A stretch of 63,785 bases of DNA, counting the filler, from Reclinomonas americana ATCC 50394 (lineage: Eukaryota): NCBI GenBank assembly GCA_048213135.1. It is 7 parts of 3 records of this genome, joined end to end, with 100 filler letters (N's around TTAATTAATTAA, not from the genome) between each part and the next. Parts side by side here need not be neighbours in the genome. Positions count along the whole stretch, not along the records: positions 19,534 to 41,574 come from PS015032.1; positions 41,675 to 46,629 come from PS015032.1; positions 46,730 to 56,021 come from PS015032.1; 4 more parts are not named here. One strand, written 5' to 3'. The notes beneath the pieces are model-generated. The model did no database searches and was not told where the DNA came from. It saw nothing but the letters and a program-made list of their open reading frames with translations. Each line of letters begins with the position of its first letter. Position 1 is the first letter of the stretch. The position numbers were made by a program, and so were the translations under genes. Of the stretch, positions 40,285-53,159 are shown piece after piece.

Positions 40285-43200
40285 NNNNNNNNNNNNNNNN
40301 NNNNNNNNNNNNNNNNNNNNNNNNNNNNNNNNNNNNNNNNNNNNNNNNNNNNNNNNNNNNNNNNNNNNNNNNNNNNNNNNNNNNNNNNNNNNNNNNNNNN
40401 NNNNNNNNNNNNNNNNNNNNNNNNNNNNNNNNNNNNNNNNNNNNNNNNNNNNNNNNNNNNNNNNNNNNNNNNNNNNNNNNNNNNNNNNNNNNNNNNNNNN
40501 NNNNNNNNNNNNNNNNNNNNNNNNNNNNNNNNNNNNNNNNNNNNNNNNNNNNNNNNNNNNNNNNNNNNNNNNNNNNNNNNNNNNNNNCGAGATGCGAGTG
40601 GCTGCCGGCGTGCGACAGTGCGCCCGCGCTCTCGCCGTCCACGGAGCCCTCCTGGGAGAACGTGTCGGCCACCATGGGCGTGGTCGAAATGGACGACGCG
40701 ATGGATTCGGTGACGTGCAAGAAGCCACCGACACCCACTCCCTGATCGTCGCCAGACTCGAGCGAGCTGGCCGAGGCGGCGCCTGTGCCCCGACGGGGAT
40801 ACCGCGGCTGGCGCTGCGACGAGTGCACGCGAGAAAATATGGTGAGTGACAGCGGCAGGGAAGAACATGCAAGGGAGGAGCGGAACTTGCGCGGAGCGTG
40901 CTCCCGGTGGAGGAGTGGCACGATTGGGATCGGCACGAGGCGCGGCTGCCGTGGCGGCCATCGGCTGGTCCACTTCCATTTCTTCGCTCTCCATGGGCGA
41001 GCGGCGGTCGGGAGGCGAGCGTAGCGGCGTCATTTCCGCGCTGTTGTCCGAGTCGGCTGAATGCATCTCCATTTCGGCTGCGCACGCACAACAATGTCAG
41101 AGACGACGCAGAGAAATGTCGCTGCACACAGAACACACACCTGTCACATCCAGTTGATCGTCGGGCTTCTTGGACTGCGAGCGGGTGAGTGGACCACCGC
41201 CACCGCGGCTGAGGCGGCCGCGCGACGGAGCCTGCGGCGATTCGTCACCCACCACCGTGTCGTCGAGGAACTCATCGCCCACACCCGCGTATCGGCCTGC
41301 AGCAAAGAGACGTAAGCGCGCGCACACACGGACAGAGAGAGAAATGAACGACACGCACTGCTTGCACCACCACCACCACCGAGGAACACCTCCGTGTCTG
41401 TCATCGCGTTGCACGTGAGCGCTAATGCAAAATGAGAGAAACAAGGGAGAGTCGGGAGTGACGCACCATCCAGGAAGCTGGCCATGCTGCGTCTGTGAGG
41501 CGAGAAAACGAAGGTGAGGAGGGGGAGGGGAAGGAGGGGAACAATGCATCTCTCTCTCTCTCTCTCTCTCTCTCNNNNNNNNNNNNNNNNNNNNNNNNNN
41601 NNNNNNNNNNNNNNNNNNTTAATTAATTAANNNNNNNNNNNNNNNNNNNNNNNNNNNNNNNNNNNNNNNNNNNNCCGAGCGTCTGCCAATGCCGCTCGGT
41701 GCCGTTTCGCGTGACCCACCCGCCATCACTGGTCGCCCGCTCGGTCCGCTCGTACCCGGTACCTCGCCATCGCTGGCGGTGGTGCGCACGAGTCCGCGCA
41801 GTTCGGCTCCACCCAGCCGCCTCCCGTCGCCGTCAGCGTCGCCGTCGAGTCGGCCACTGGTGGCCGCAGCTAGCGCAATGAGCCCGCCGGCGGTGCCGTC
41901 AGTAGGTGCACCCCAGCAGCAGTCATGTTGCGTCGCGACGTGTGTTGATGCCGAGTTGCGAAGAATGTGTGTCTGACACGTGGGTGTGATGATGATGTTT
42001 TTTCTCGTGCAACAGTGGGCGCACGTGCAAAGCGATGGCTGATGTTCCCCTTCCGTGCCTTGTTCTTTGCACTGGAGGCATTTATGACGGTCTGCGTGCT
42101 TCTCGGACGCTGGGCCTACCAAAACTCGTTCCGCTTCTGTGCGTTTGCGTACCTGTGGGTCGAGGTGAGTCGAAGCAATAGATTGACGCCGTAAGTCTTC
42201 TCTCCTCTTCTCATTGCGCTGTTCTTGCAGAGCGTTCTGCGGCTGGGCTGGGACTTGGTGCGAAGCGTGGTGGTGCGTTTGGCTCCCCGTGCATTGTTTT
42301 CTCCGCACTACGTGTTCATTGCTGACCTCGTCGTAGTGTCGACAGGGTGCCAATGCCGCAACCCTGTTGCGATCTGCCGCCCATCACGTCGTCACCGGCG
42401 TGCCGGCAGCCACTCGCTTCCTCATTCAGCTTCCGTTGACACACGTGGCGCTCTTCTGGGGACTGTGGATACACACCGCCGTGGCCGTGCACTCTGCCGT
42501 GGCCTTTGTGTGGCATGCCGTTGCGTTGGCTGTTGTTTGTATCCGTGTCGCGCACTGACCCTGGTTATTGACTGGCACTTGTGTCTCTGTGACAGGCCGT
42601 AGGCATTGTCCACGCAGTTGTGGCGCGCATCCCACGCCCACTGCGCTTGGTGGCTGTTCTCGGAGGCCTCGGTGCTGTCGGCTTGTCGTGCATTTCATTG
42701 GTGAGCGGGGTGCGGTGCTGTGGTCGTTTGTTATTTCATGTTTTGACCGCAACGCAGCCGGCGTACCTGCTGTCCCTCACCTCGGTGCTGACGGTGGCGG
42801 GAGTGCTTGGCGGTGCGGCGCTGGCATTTGCGTTCCGCGACTCCATCTGGCGCTCCGTGGGTGCGGTGCGCGCGCGGCCAGGACTTGCGTTTGCCGTCCT
42901 CGCCGTCGCGTTGTTGGCGATGGCGGTGTACCACTATCAGCCAAAAATGCCGGTGGTGTCTGTTCCAAAAGTGGATGCCGCCGGCACCCTGTCGAGTGCA
43001 GCGGAGCATGTGTTGCGTGTATGCTTTGCGCAGCCACTTTTTTTTGATTCTGCGTCGACGCTCACGAAAGGGGACGGGGCTCGCAGTAACGGGTGGCTGC
43101 GCAACATTACACTGTGGCCGTTTGCGTTCCATCGACCAACCGTGACCGAACCGTTGCGTGACAACTCTCTGCGCTTAATGAGAAAGAGCGAAGTGTGACT

Positions 43201-45795
43201 GACGTAGCAAGCGCGTCGCTTCAGGCCAAAACCGGGAATCGACGACCACCAGGAACCCATCGATGACGCGGTATCCGGCAACGGTGACGACAAGAAAGAG
43301 TTGTGCATTGTGGAGATTGCATGTGGTGCTTCTTGCGTTTCGCGTTATTCACGTTTCCTCCGGTCAGAAATCCCGATAATACTACTGTCGAGCCACTGTT
43401 GCGTTTTGTTATTGTGTGCTTTCTGTGTGTGACGACTCTTCAGAGAGCTAACCAGGGTGGTGACTTGATGCACAGTCCGTCCATCAACCCTAATGACAGT
43501 GACGCCAACCCCGTCAAGCCCGGCTCATCGTTACGATTGCTTACACACATTGGCGAGCTGTTGCTCCATCTCTTTGCTCATTCGTGGTGGGCATAGGTCG
43601 TTCTCGTTCTCTTGGCCATCCTTGCCGTCGGTCTCGTGGCCATCGTTCTCGTGGCCATCGTTCTCATGGCCGGCGTTCTCGTTGCCATCGTTCCCCTGGC
43701 CGTCGTTCCCTTGGTCGTCGTCCCTGGGCGGTGATCAGAATCCCGTTCTGCCGGGGGGTGGCGGCTCGTCGGGTGGCGGGTCACAAACACCAGAAATTCA
43801 GTTTCGTCACAGTCTCACGTATTTCTGACAGCCGATGTTGCGCTCAAGTATGGGAGACCATGTAGTAACTGTGCCTTTTTGGTTGCCAGGAGACCGGTGG
43901 TGGAGAAAGTCGTCAGCGAGAAGCTCGGCTGTGAGTCGAATATTACGTTGCCGAGTGTTTGGCTCGTCGTGCGGTTGCTGACATCTTCCTTTCAGGCTAC
44001 CTGGCCACACGTCTGTTGCCGGAGGTTCCCGCCAACTGCACCTCAATTGACGTGGCGACGTCCAACAAGCTGGACTCGTCGCTGCGCGCCCTCGGCGTGC
44101 TGCTGCCGCTCCTCGAGAAGGCGAACAAGCGCGACGAACCGAGCGACATCCCGTCGCCGTTGCAGTATATTGTCAAGCTGTTGGACGTGGATTTCCACAA
44201 CAAGGTGAATGACGCGAGTGCGCCCTTGAGATAGTCACTGTCGGCTTCTCTGACATACATACTATATTCGCCAGGCTGACGTGAAGGCCGCCATTTCGGA
44301 CCTCGGCCTCTTTGGCGATGTGATAGAAAAGACCGAAAGCGCCGCGGTGAGAGCCGAAGCAGCCGCCGATAGAGCTGATGGCAGTGCCAGTGGCGCCGGA
44401 GGATCAGCCGATGCGGCAGCCGTGAGTGCCAGGAAGGCCAAGGAATCTGCCGCAGAGGCAGCCGCCAGTGCCGGGAAGGCTGGAGAATCTGCCGCGGCTG
44501 CGGCTGCTAGCGCGCAGGAGGCCGGAGAATCTGCCAAGGCAGCAGGCGAGAGTGCCGGTGAGGCCAAGAAATCTGCTAAAGCTGCGGCCGGCAGTGCCGG
44601 TAAGGCCAAGGAATCTGCTACGGCGGCAGGCGAGAGTGCCGACAGTGCTGGAGTCTCTGCCAGCAATGCCACCAAGGCAGCCGAAAACGCCACTTCGACG
44701 GCGAAAGCCGTTAATGACGCCCTGGCCTCTCTCGGTAGCGCCACGAGGCAGCAGGCACCGGTGGAACATGCCGCCCTGCAAGGTGTCGAGGACCCCGACT
44801 GGGCGTTGAGTGCCATTGGAGCTCGCATCTACAACGCGACAGACACCTACGATCCGCGCGAAGAGAAGGGATTGGCCGCGTCCGTGGTCATCTTTTTCGA
44901 GGGACGCCTGCGCAGCCCGCAGAATGTGCTGACGGTGAGTTAGCTCACCCACATGTGTTTTTTGCGGGGGCGGTATCTGATTGTGATGACGCAGGCGAGC
45001 ACGGAGCCGGGTTCGTGCTGGACCATGGCAGGCGCCTCGGGTCACGTACTCATTGCGGTTCCCAAATGGCTCAAGCCGTCGGCGGTCTCGATTTCGCACG
45101 CGCTCAGAGAGGGTCAAAATGACGAGTGTGCCCCGAAGGATTTCTCGTTCTCGGTGCGTTTTGTGGAAGAGGGAGAGGGAGATGCCAAGTCTCTTTTCTT
45201 ATCATCACCGATTGCTTGGTGTTTGCTTGGCTGCAGGCGTACGACGGCTCCTTGCGCCAATATCCTCTGCGACTCGCGGATGTAGAGAAGGGAGGTGAGG
45301 CTGAGGAGACGGCTACATTCGACCCGACGAAGACGAGGCATGAGTTCTGGCTGCTGAATGCGGAGGTATGTTGGCGGGGTGGGGGAAGGGGGGAAAGCGG
45401 GGAGAGGGAGAGACTGAGGGGGAAGAGTTCAACATAGAGGTTACACGCGCACGGGCCTGGATGGGGAAGACTGGACTTGCAGAAAAGACAACTCGGAAAG
45501 CAAGAGTGTGTGTGTGTGAGAGAGAGAGAGAGATTGTGTATGTATGAGAGCGAGTGTCTCGTGTGTGTGTGTGTGTGTGTTTGTACGAGTGATTTTGCGA
45601 TTGCAAGACGTGTCCGTGTCTGTGTGCCTGTTCTAATTTGCGTGTTGTGATTCGCAGGGTGGCCAAATCGAAGACAAGTTCTTCCTGTATCGTCTCGATA
45701 TCAAGAGTAACTACGGCGAGAAGAAGTTCACCTGCTTGTATCACGTTGGCATTCACGGCGACACCGGAAACAAGGAAATTAAGAAGGGTGAATGA
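39250..45795 (+). CDS. SUN-domain (Sad1/UNC-84) nuclear envelope protein: disordered N-terminus, multiple TM segments, Ala-rich heptads, C-terminal SUN domain
   Basis: PDWALSAIGARI, SPQNVLT|ASTEPGSCWTMAG, PSAVSISH, CAPKDF, LDIKSNYGEKKFTCLYHVGIHG; hydrophobic exons at 42.0-42.95 kb. Linking the 39250 start to the SUN end crosses gaps and needs the 40588-41574 contig to be flipped. Confidence 0.75.
40588..41574 (-). other. Probably mis-oriented contig carrying exons of the SUN gene
   Basis: It codes on the minus strand. Its reverse complement begins with (GA)n that would join the (GA)n at 40226-40284, and splice phases continue (PG-G|RSMASFLD-D|TEVFL). Confidence 0.75.
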
Positions 45796-45989
45796 AAGGA
45801 GAGGTATAAGGAGAAAGAGGGGCAGAGGGGAGAAGGGACAGGGACAACAACAACATTCATTCACCACCAAGAAAGCAACGGCTGTCTTGATGACCAAGTT
45901 CAACCGTATCCAAAGCATCACACATACACCACGTTTCTTGTGTAGATAGTGTGTCGTGCTGTCCGTCGATGTGTTGCAACAAACGCGCA

Positions 45990-46550
45990 GTTTTGACGGG
46001 GCTGCGAACATGTCGTGCACTTCGGGGTTGAACAGTGGAGCTTCGCGTATCGCCGGCTTGCAAACAAATTCACCGAGTTGTGTTCCTGTGGTAACCAACG
46101 GTACCCTGCATCACGGCAAGGAGGAGCAGCTGCACAAGCGACAACTTCGACCGCAACTCGCAGTTGTCTTCTCGTCCCGCCTACATTTGTCCACGCATAT
46201 CCACACATAACACAAGTCGACGTCGATCGCATCAAGCAACAATGGCAGACGGAGAAGGCAGCGGAGCGGGAGGCGCAGGACGCGTCCAATGGAGAGACGA
46301 GGCCGAGCGAGTGGCACAGGAGTTCCGCCAAGTGAGTTTTACACACACTGAACTCACACATGAAGAAGCGCACTTGCACTCAGCATCCTCACCAAGAGAG
46401 CATCACTTGCTGTGCTCTGTGTGTGTGTGTGTGTGACCTGTTTGAGAGTTGAAAGTGCTGTTGTGGCCATTTCCGTCACTCACACTTCCTCACACTCACA
46501 CACCAAGGCAAACCCCAATGCGCCAATGGTCAAGCTGCAAAGCCAAGAAG
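45990..46550 (+). CDS. Possible coding exons of unknown identity (perhaps 5' part of the next gene)
   Basis: Protein-like frame HFGVEQWSFAYRRLANKF...VDRIKQQWQTEKAAERE with GTGAGT/GTGCGT donors; could not be spliced reliably. Confidence 0.35.
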
Positions 46551-46851
46551 GTGCGTGTCAAATAGAGAAAGAGAAAGAAAGAAACAGTCAGGAAAAGATA
46601 AACATATCTTCTCTGTTTGTCTGTGTGTGNNNNNNNNNNNNNNNNNNNNNNNNNNNNNNNNNNNNNNNNNNNNTTAATTAATTAANNNNNNNNNNNNNNN
46701 NNNNNNNNNNNNNNNNNNNNNNNNNNNNNCTCCCTTCTCTTCCCCTTGTGTTCCCCCGTTCGCATCCTTGCCCTCCCCTGTTCTCGTCTGTCGGTGGTGA
46801 CGCTGGAATGTGTATCTGTTCTCATCTTGGTTGTTTCCCCGACTGCTGCAG

Positions 46852-48876
46852 TTCCTTGTTGTCGACAAGGCTGGCAGGGAGGAGTGGCGACTGAACTCGC
46901 AGTACGATGATGTTGCTGACAGGCTCCTCGGCCGACGTGTCAATCGACTCGTTGTTGAGAGACAACCCAAGTATTTTTGGGACGAGGAATTCGATCTTCG
47001 GCTTGCTGTCGAGCATGCGAGGGACGACTTGGCGGTGATGGTTGACAACTTGACTGCCGAAGTTGCTTCCTTGCGGGCTGAGAAAATGGAACTCACGTTT
47101 ACAGCAGACGAAAAAACTCGCATGGTGGCTGAACGTGACAATCAGATACGCGATTTGGAGGCGCAAGTCGCCGAGCTTCGTCGGGCGGTGGAATCCGCGC
47201 AGCAGACTGTGGCGGAGCGCGAGAATAGCGTGGCCCAGCTTGAGCAGGAGTGCGGCCAACTACGACAACTCAACTACTGCTTGATGGAAGAGCGCGACAG
47301 GATGAGAGAGGAGCGCGACAGCCTGCGTCGCGATATGACTAGCCTGGCATCGGCCAAGCCGCCGGTGCCGCCGCCGCGGCCGGCGTCGCCGCCGTCACCG
47401 CCTGCGTCTTCGTCGTCACCTTGGCCGCCAGTGCGACACCAAGACGCCATGCAACAGCTTAGCGAAATCAACTGGCAGATCACGCAGCTTCTCGGGTCGC
47501 GACTCCGAGATGCGCTTGACGAAGCACACCAGCAACTGGAGAACAGGCTGGCTGACATTTTTGCCAATGCACAGCGCGAGTGGCAGTTGCGGGTAGGCGC
47601 AGCCGTCGAGGATTACGAGACGGTGTTCGGTTGTGCCATGTCGACAGCACCAGTCACAGACATTCCGGCTCGACTTGAGCAACTGTTGCAACACGTCCAT
47701 CAGCAAGTCGTCGAGCCAACCATCGAGGCTGTGGAGTATGTTCTTGGCTGGCCGTCAGCTGAACGGCGCCACATGACGGTGATGCAGCGAAAGGAAGAGA
47801 CAAGGAGAGGTCTCGTGCAGCGGCATGAACTGGTCACTGAAGGACTGGCGGCTATGTTGCCCGAGGAGGATCGTCAGCAGCAACTCGACGTCATTGACCT
47901 CGTCAGTCGAGTGAAGGCACGATGGAAGGCCCGTGAGGCAGCGCTCACTCGGGCGACGACTCAACTGGCGTCGCTGCTGCCTGGTGATGTACCGACTGAG
48001 GGCGAACGCATCCTCGAGTTCACTGCAGCTCGCGTCACCGAGCATTACATGCAACTGCTCGAACAGCTACGAGTGGCGATGCCTGTGGACTGCGCTTCTC
48101 AGCCACCGAGCAATCTCGAGACAGCCGTGCGTGGCATTATCGACATTGTCAAGTCCCGAGACGCGACCATCAACTTCGCCACGCGACGTCTCTCAGAGGC
48201 GATTCCACGGCGACCGCAAGGGGGGCAGATCAATCTCGCCGACATCGTTTCCGACACTGTCTCGACGATGCGACACATCAACATGCAGCTCCGAGCTGCT
48301 CTTCAAGACGGATCGACCGCGAGTGACAGCGATGTTGACGTGAGGGAGGCCGTCAGGGGCATCATTCAACAGCGCGACGCAGCACTTTCCGACATGAATC
48401 TGCTTCTTGAGGCGGCAGACAACTTGTGCCAGTACTTTTCGGAGAACTTGCCGAGTCAACAACATCAACTGGTCAAGCGCCGCGCCGAACAACCACAGCG
48501 ACAACGCGTGGACCGAGTGGTTTCCGATCTTCAACAAGCCTCCCGCACTTGCGTCGAGTGTTGGAAGGTGCATTGCGGTAACTTGGAGGCAGTGCTTGTA
48601 GAGCGAGTTGACGAGTGTGAGCAACTGCGGGAGGAGATGCGTCGACTGCAAACGGATCGAGACGAGACCAACAAACACGTTCGACAATTGCAGCAGTCAT
48701 TTGTGAAGGCCACTCAACATCGCGGCCAGCTGCAGCGCGACCTAGATGCCGAGCGCGACGCTAAGCTCGTCGCGGAGAGGAGATTCGACGCAGAAGTCGA
48801 ATTACGCCGCAGCACACAGCGCGAGTTGGAGATTGCGCTGGCCGAGTGCGCACGCCACCAACAGGGTGGAACTTGA
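46852..48876 (+). CDS. CBM48 (AMPK-beta glycogen-binding-like) domain end plus long coiled coil; 5' exons missing or uncertain
   Basis: A 2-kb single exon begins FLVVDKAGREEWRLNSQYDDVADRLLGRRVNRLVVE, is homologous to the next gene with the same intron position, and has extensive heptad-rich helices. Confidence 0.75.
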   Translation, partial: FLVVDKAGREEWRLNSQYDDVADRLLGRRVNRLVVERQPKYFWDEEFDLRLAVEHARDDLAVMVDNLTAEVASLRAEKMELTFTADEKTRMVAERDNQIRDLEAQVAELRRAVESAQQTVAERENSVAQLEQECGQLRQLNYCLMEERDRMREERDSLRRDMTSLASAKPPVPPPRPASPPSPPASSSSPWPPVRHQDAMQQLSEINWQITQLLGSRLRDALDEAHQQLENRLADIFANAQREWQLRVGAAVEDYETVFGCAMSTAPVTDIPARLEQLLQHVHQQVVEPTIEAVEYVLGWPSAERRHMTVMQRKEETRRGLVQRHELVTEGLAAMLPEEDRQQQLDVIDLVSRVKARWKAREAALTRATTQLASLLPGDVPTEGERILEFTAARVTEHYMQLLEQLRVAMPVDCASQPPSNLETAVRGIIDIVKSRDATINFATRRLSEAIPRRPQGGQINLADIVSDTVSTMRHINMQLRAALQDGSTASDSDVDVREAVRGIIQQRDAALSDMNLLLEAADNLCQYFSENLPSQQHQLVKRRAEQPQRQRVDRVVSDLQQASRTCVECWKVHCGNLEAVLVERVDECEQLREEMRRLQTDRDETNKHVRQLQQSFVKATQHRGQLQRDLDAERDAKLVAERRFDAEVELRRSTQRELEIALAECARHQQGGT

Positions 48877-49777
48877 GTGCCTGCCAACAATCGTCGGTGT
48901 TGCTTGTACAATGCTGCGAATAAAGTGTGTGTTCGCTCTCGGAGCTCCGAACAAGTCGAGAACTGCGATCTTCACCGCATAAGCGTGGGTGACCAGTGGA
49001 TTTGACGCACTTGCATAGACGCATAGCGTTTTCTGCGATCGTACACGGCACATAGAATTCGGGAAAAGGCCATAAGCCAGGCAAACAAAGCAAAGCTGTA
49101 ATCCCCTCTCAACGCAGCTGCATGGCCGTCGCCACCTTGAATGGTAAGCGCCTTTCGCTTTCCACAGCATGCACTCGAGCTTGCACTCGGGAAATCATGC
49201 ATGCAGACCAAGAGAAGTGTTCGCGTGTTCGGATCCGGAATACATGTATACTAGGCTCTCGAACACACTCCCTCTGCCATGGTGTAGGGTCTGTATCCAA
49301 CTGGCCTGTCGCGAAGACAATGCAACTATAGCTAATTCCACTTTTGTAGCCACTCGGAAACTCTGTTCCTGGCAAAAGCAGTACTGCAGTGAAGATCTGA
49401 CAAATTTGTCGAAGAAGTGTTCTCATGATAAAGGCACCACATTGCGGTGAATTCTACAGGATGCATCCAACGACTGGAGGTGAGGAATGCGTGTCTGACA
49501 AGATGGTGTCGTTTGTGAGCTTTTCTTTGCAGTGTCTGCCGGAAAGACTTAACCACCACCGCNNNNNNNNNNNNNNNNNNNNAAACAGTTTTAGTTGTAG
49601 AAGGAAAGCACACGAGACTTGTTGGCGATCACTGGTGGATGCTCATTGTTGTGTATGGATCAGTGAAGTTTCTATTATTATTAGTAAATTCGAATTCCAA
49701 CTCGAACAGACAGCACAACTCATTCCTGACAGACAAAAGAGTAAATTGTTTCAGTGGCGACGAGGAGCCAGGAAGAA

Positions 49778-52042
49778 ATGACGCTTGTAACTCTGAAGTA
49801 CAAGTTCATGTATTGCGACTCGCGGTCGCCAGTCGAGCGAGGTAACTCACGCGCTGTAGTCTGTAACATCGTAGCATCACAACTGAGTGAATTCATATTA
49901 TTCAACCGCAGTTTTTGTCTGCATCAAGGACGCGAAGACCAAGAGGTGGCCAAACATTTATTTGCACCAGTTTCACCTTGGAAATGGCCGCGGAGCCGGC
50001 ATCAACGCCGGCACAATCACAGAAGCCTCATACAACGCAACAGATCGGCACTGGGAAGTAGGCGTACATCTCGAAGTTGGTGAACAGCGATTCACGGTGA
50101 GTGTCGTGTACCGTATACGTACATGCATCTGCGAGGTAACTGATGAGAGGAAGAGGATGTGTGTACTTCGTATGCTTGTGCATATGCATACGTGTGTGGG
50201 AACGTCTGTTTCCGTTTGCGCCGTATTGATGATACCGATGTGTGTGCACAGTTCCTCGTGCTAGATCAATCATATGATCTGGAGTGGCGAACGAGCTCGC
50301 AACACGAGGAAGTTACAGATGACTTGCTCGATAGGCGTGTCAACTGCCTGTTGGTTACCAAGCAATCGATCGCGAGACAATCGATATCGGCCGCGGTGTC
50401 CCGCGATCGCTCTCGATTGCGCGAGGAATTCGAGCGCGAGCGCGAACGACAATGTCGTCAGCAACGCGATCGCGAGCTCGAGCTCGAAGCCATGGCCGAG
50501 CGCGAGCTCGAGAGAGATCGGTACTGGATGCAAGCAGACAGCGACCACCGACAACACTATAGCTACCAGCGAGCACAACCGCGGCATTCGAATTCGAAAA
50601 CCGGCAACAATCTTGTCGGATCCGGAGCAGATTCCAGAAGCCAGCAGGTGACTCGTGACCGACTGCACATCAACACTGACGAGCTCGAGCGCTCCCGTTT
50701 CGCGTCAGCAAACCAGTCGACGTCAACATTTTCACGCTCCAGTGCAGCTGCAGATGCAGTTGACGATAGCTGGCGAGCTCCGGATCCAGGATACGAATAC
50801 ATGCACACGTATTCGCGTTCAAGTGTCGATGCCGACGTGGAGGCTGAAGTGGACGAGATTCTCCGTCAGTGCCGCACGCGGGGTCCCGGGAGCACGAGCC
50901 CCGCTGAGGAACTTGTCCGTCAAGCTCTGGAGGATCTCGTATCGCAACTTCACCACCAGCAGCTGCAGGATCTCGATCGAGATGCATTCCGCACATGCGC
51001 AGCATGTGCAATCGCGATCGGTCAAGACACCGCACCCACCATGCAGACGGAGCCGGAAGCCGGGTCTGCGCAAGTTCAACAACTGCAAGCAGACCTTGAC
51101 GAGGCAACCAAGCAGATTGAACAACTTCAACTCGCCCGGGCAGCGGACATTGCAAATCTGCACGCTGACTTGACGGCCTCCTGCACGCATGGAGCACGAC
51201 TCCAACGGCAACTCGAGAATGCCAACGTCGGTATCCAACTTCTCAGCGTGGAGCGTGATCGACTCCGCGCCTGCTGGCAGCAGGTGTCGCCTTTCTCCAC
51301 CGTAGACGTCGACGACGACGAAGCGCGCGCGGGCACAGCAGCAGCAAGCGCTATCAGCTCTTCGCCGTCGTCGCCGCCGCCTCCAGTACAAGTGTCGCCA
51401 TTGCAGACTCGCGTTGGTCAGCTCATGATCAATAGGCCCAGTCGGAGCTTCGCGGCCGGATCTGGAAGCTTTGCCACAGTTCGAGTTATCAATGGCACGA
51501 GCTCAACCTCACGGTCGTCGGATCCGATATCTGCGGTCAATGGACACCTATTTGCCTCGATGACAAGGTCCGGGAGGCCGCTGCAGCGAGATTCCGGCGA
51601 GACTGCAGCTGATGCCGGACCTGAGGTGCGGATAATTCTGGTTGTGAATACAACTGACGTGAACACGATTCAAAGCATCGCTGACAAACGGAAAGGTGAG
51701 GAGGTGATGTTGACTGGAAAGTAATTACAGTGTGCCACGGTTCGAATTAACAACAATACTCTTGCGATCCTTCCACGCTTGCAGTGGATCTCTCGGACGG
51801 GCGGTCGGCTTTGGTGATACTGCAGTCGGTGCCTAACGGCGACACGGCGGTTGCCATTGCGGATCCGGAGGAAGCGGCAATTACACCGAATGTGTTCTTC
51901 GTCGGAGTGGTGGAGATCGATGGCAGGACATGTGCGTTGTGGTAGAATGCCGTGACATATTGTTCTCGAACTCACTTGCATTGTACATGCAGGTCTCACC
52001 GCAGACGGTCGCCGGGAACTCACAGCTGCACTCCAGTTTTAA
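49778..52042 (+). CDS. CBM48-like N-terminal domain plus coiled-coil protein, paralog of 46852-48876
   Basis: Spliced HWEVGVHLEVGEQRFT|FLVLDQSYDLEWRTSSQHEEVTDDLLDRRVNCLLV fits the pattern W..xLxLxxG.Y.YKFxVDGxW......D..G..NNxLxV. Five exons splice in phase to ...ELTAALQF*. Confidence 0.7.
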
Positions 52043-52488
52043 TCTTGCAGCGAATATCGAGAGGATGCGGCCATCTGGCCTTGCCACGTACATATGTACG
52101 GATTTCTCAACTGTATATATGCATATGTGTGTGTGAGTGTGTATGTGTGTGTGTGTGTGTTAGTTTAGAAATGACAGTTCATCAAGACAGCCGTTGCTTG
52201 TTTGTTGGTGAATGAATCATAGGTTTGTTCGTGTATGTAACGCAGATCTGCGACATCAAACATTTACAGTAACGTCGCGGTATCCCAACCAGCCTGCACA
52301 AAGCAACACCCACCGCAGCTCTACACCACTTCCCCACACACACCACCTACCCACCGCCACCAGCTCCAATCCCCACCACCACACACCCTCATCTCGAACA
52401 AATCATGACGTCGATGAAAAATCAACGGACAAACGTTGTAATCACATTCTCGGCGAGTGGAGCTTTCCTCTTACCACCACCACCAACA

Positions 52489-53099
52489 ATGGGCGCTTGC
52501 TGCCGCAAGCCACCACCAGAACAACAACAACAACCACCACCACCACCACCACCACCAGAACAACCACCACCTCCTTCACCACCACCACCAGTGGAAGCCG
52601 CTCCACCACCACCACCTCCACCAGTCATCGCCTCACCACTCTCCTCCACCGGCACCATCCTCAACCACCCCGCGCGCGTCTCTCTCGACAAACAACCACC
52701 TGCACCTCCACCTCCACCACTAGTCGCCTCACCTCCTCCTCCTCAACAACAGCAACCTAGTCGCGCGCCACCCAGCTTTCCCTTGCCTTTATATCACCCT
52801 TTACACCCGATTCACTACCAACAGCAACATCCACCGCCGCAGCGGCATCATCATCATCATCATCCGCATCATCACTCCATTCATGGGCCGATGATCTCCA
52901 CGCCGGTGCATTTGCCGCCTTTGCAGCAGCAGCAGGCGATGAGAGGGCATGTTGTTGGTGGTGGTGGTGTGGGGTCGCCTGGGAGGTGAGGGAGGGAGGG
53001 AGGGAGGGATAGACAGGGAAAGGGAGGGACAGGGGGTGTGAGTGACTGAAAGAGTGTGTGAGAGAAAGAGTGAGTGAGTGTGTGTGAGTGAGTGAGTGA

Positions 53100-53159
<60 letters not shown>

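Noticed and set aside
40588-41574. Nested antisense gene inside the SUN gene
   Set aside because: Better explained as a flipped contig: microsatellite ends and splice phases join the plus-strand gene when reverse-complemented.
44281-44943. Phage tail-fibre gene insertion
   Set aside because: The Ala-rich heptads are in the same exon and frame as the start of the SUN domain and are flanked by normal introns; no other phage genes are present.
48900-49740. Possible transposon remnant or ncRNA in a compositionally even intergenic stretch
   Set aside because: No terminal repeats, credible ORF or recognisable RNA motif could be seen.
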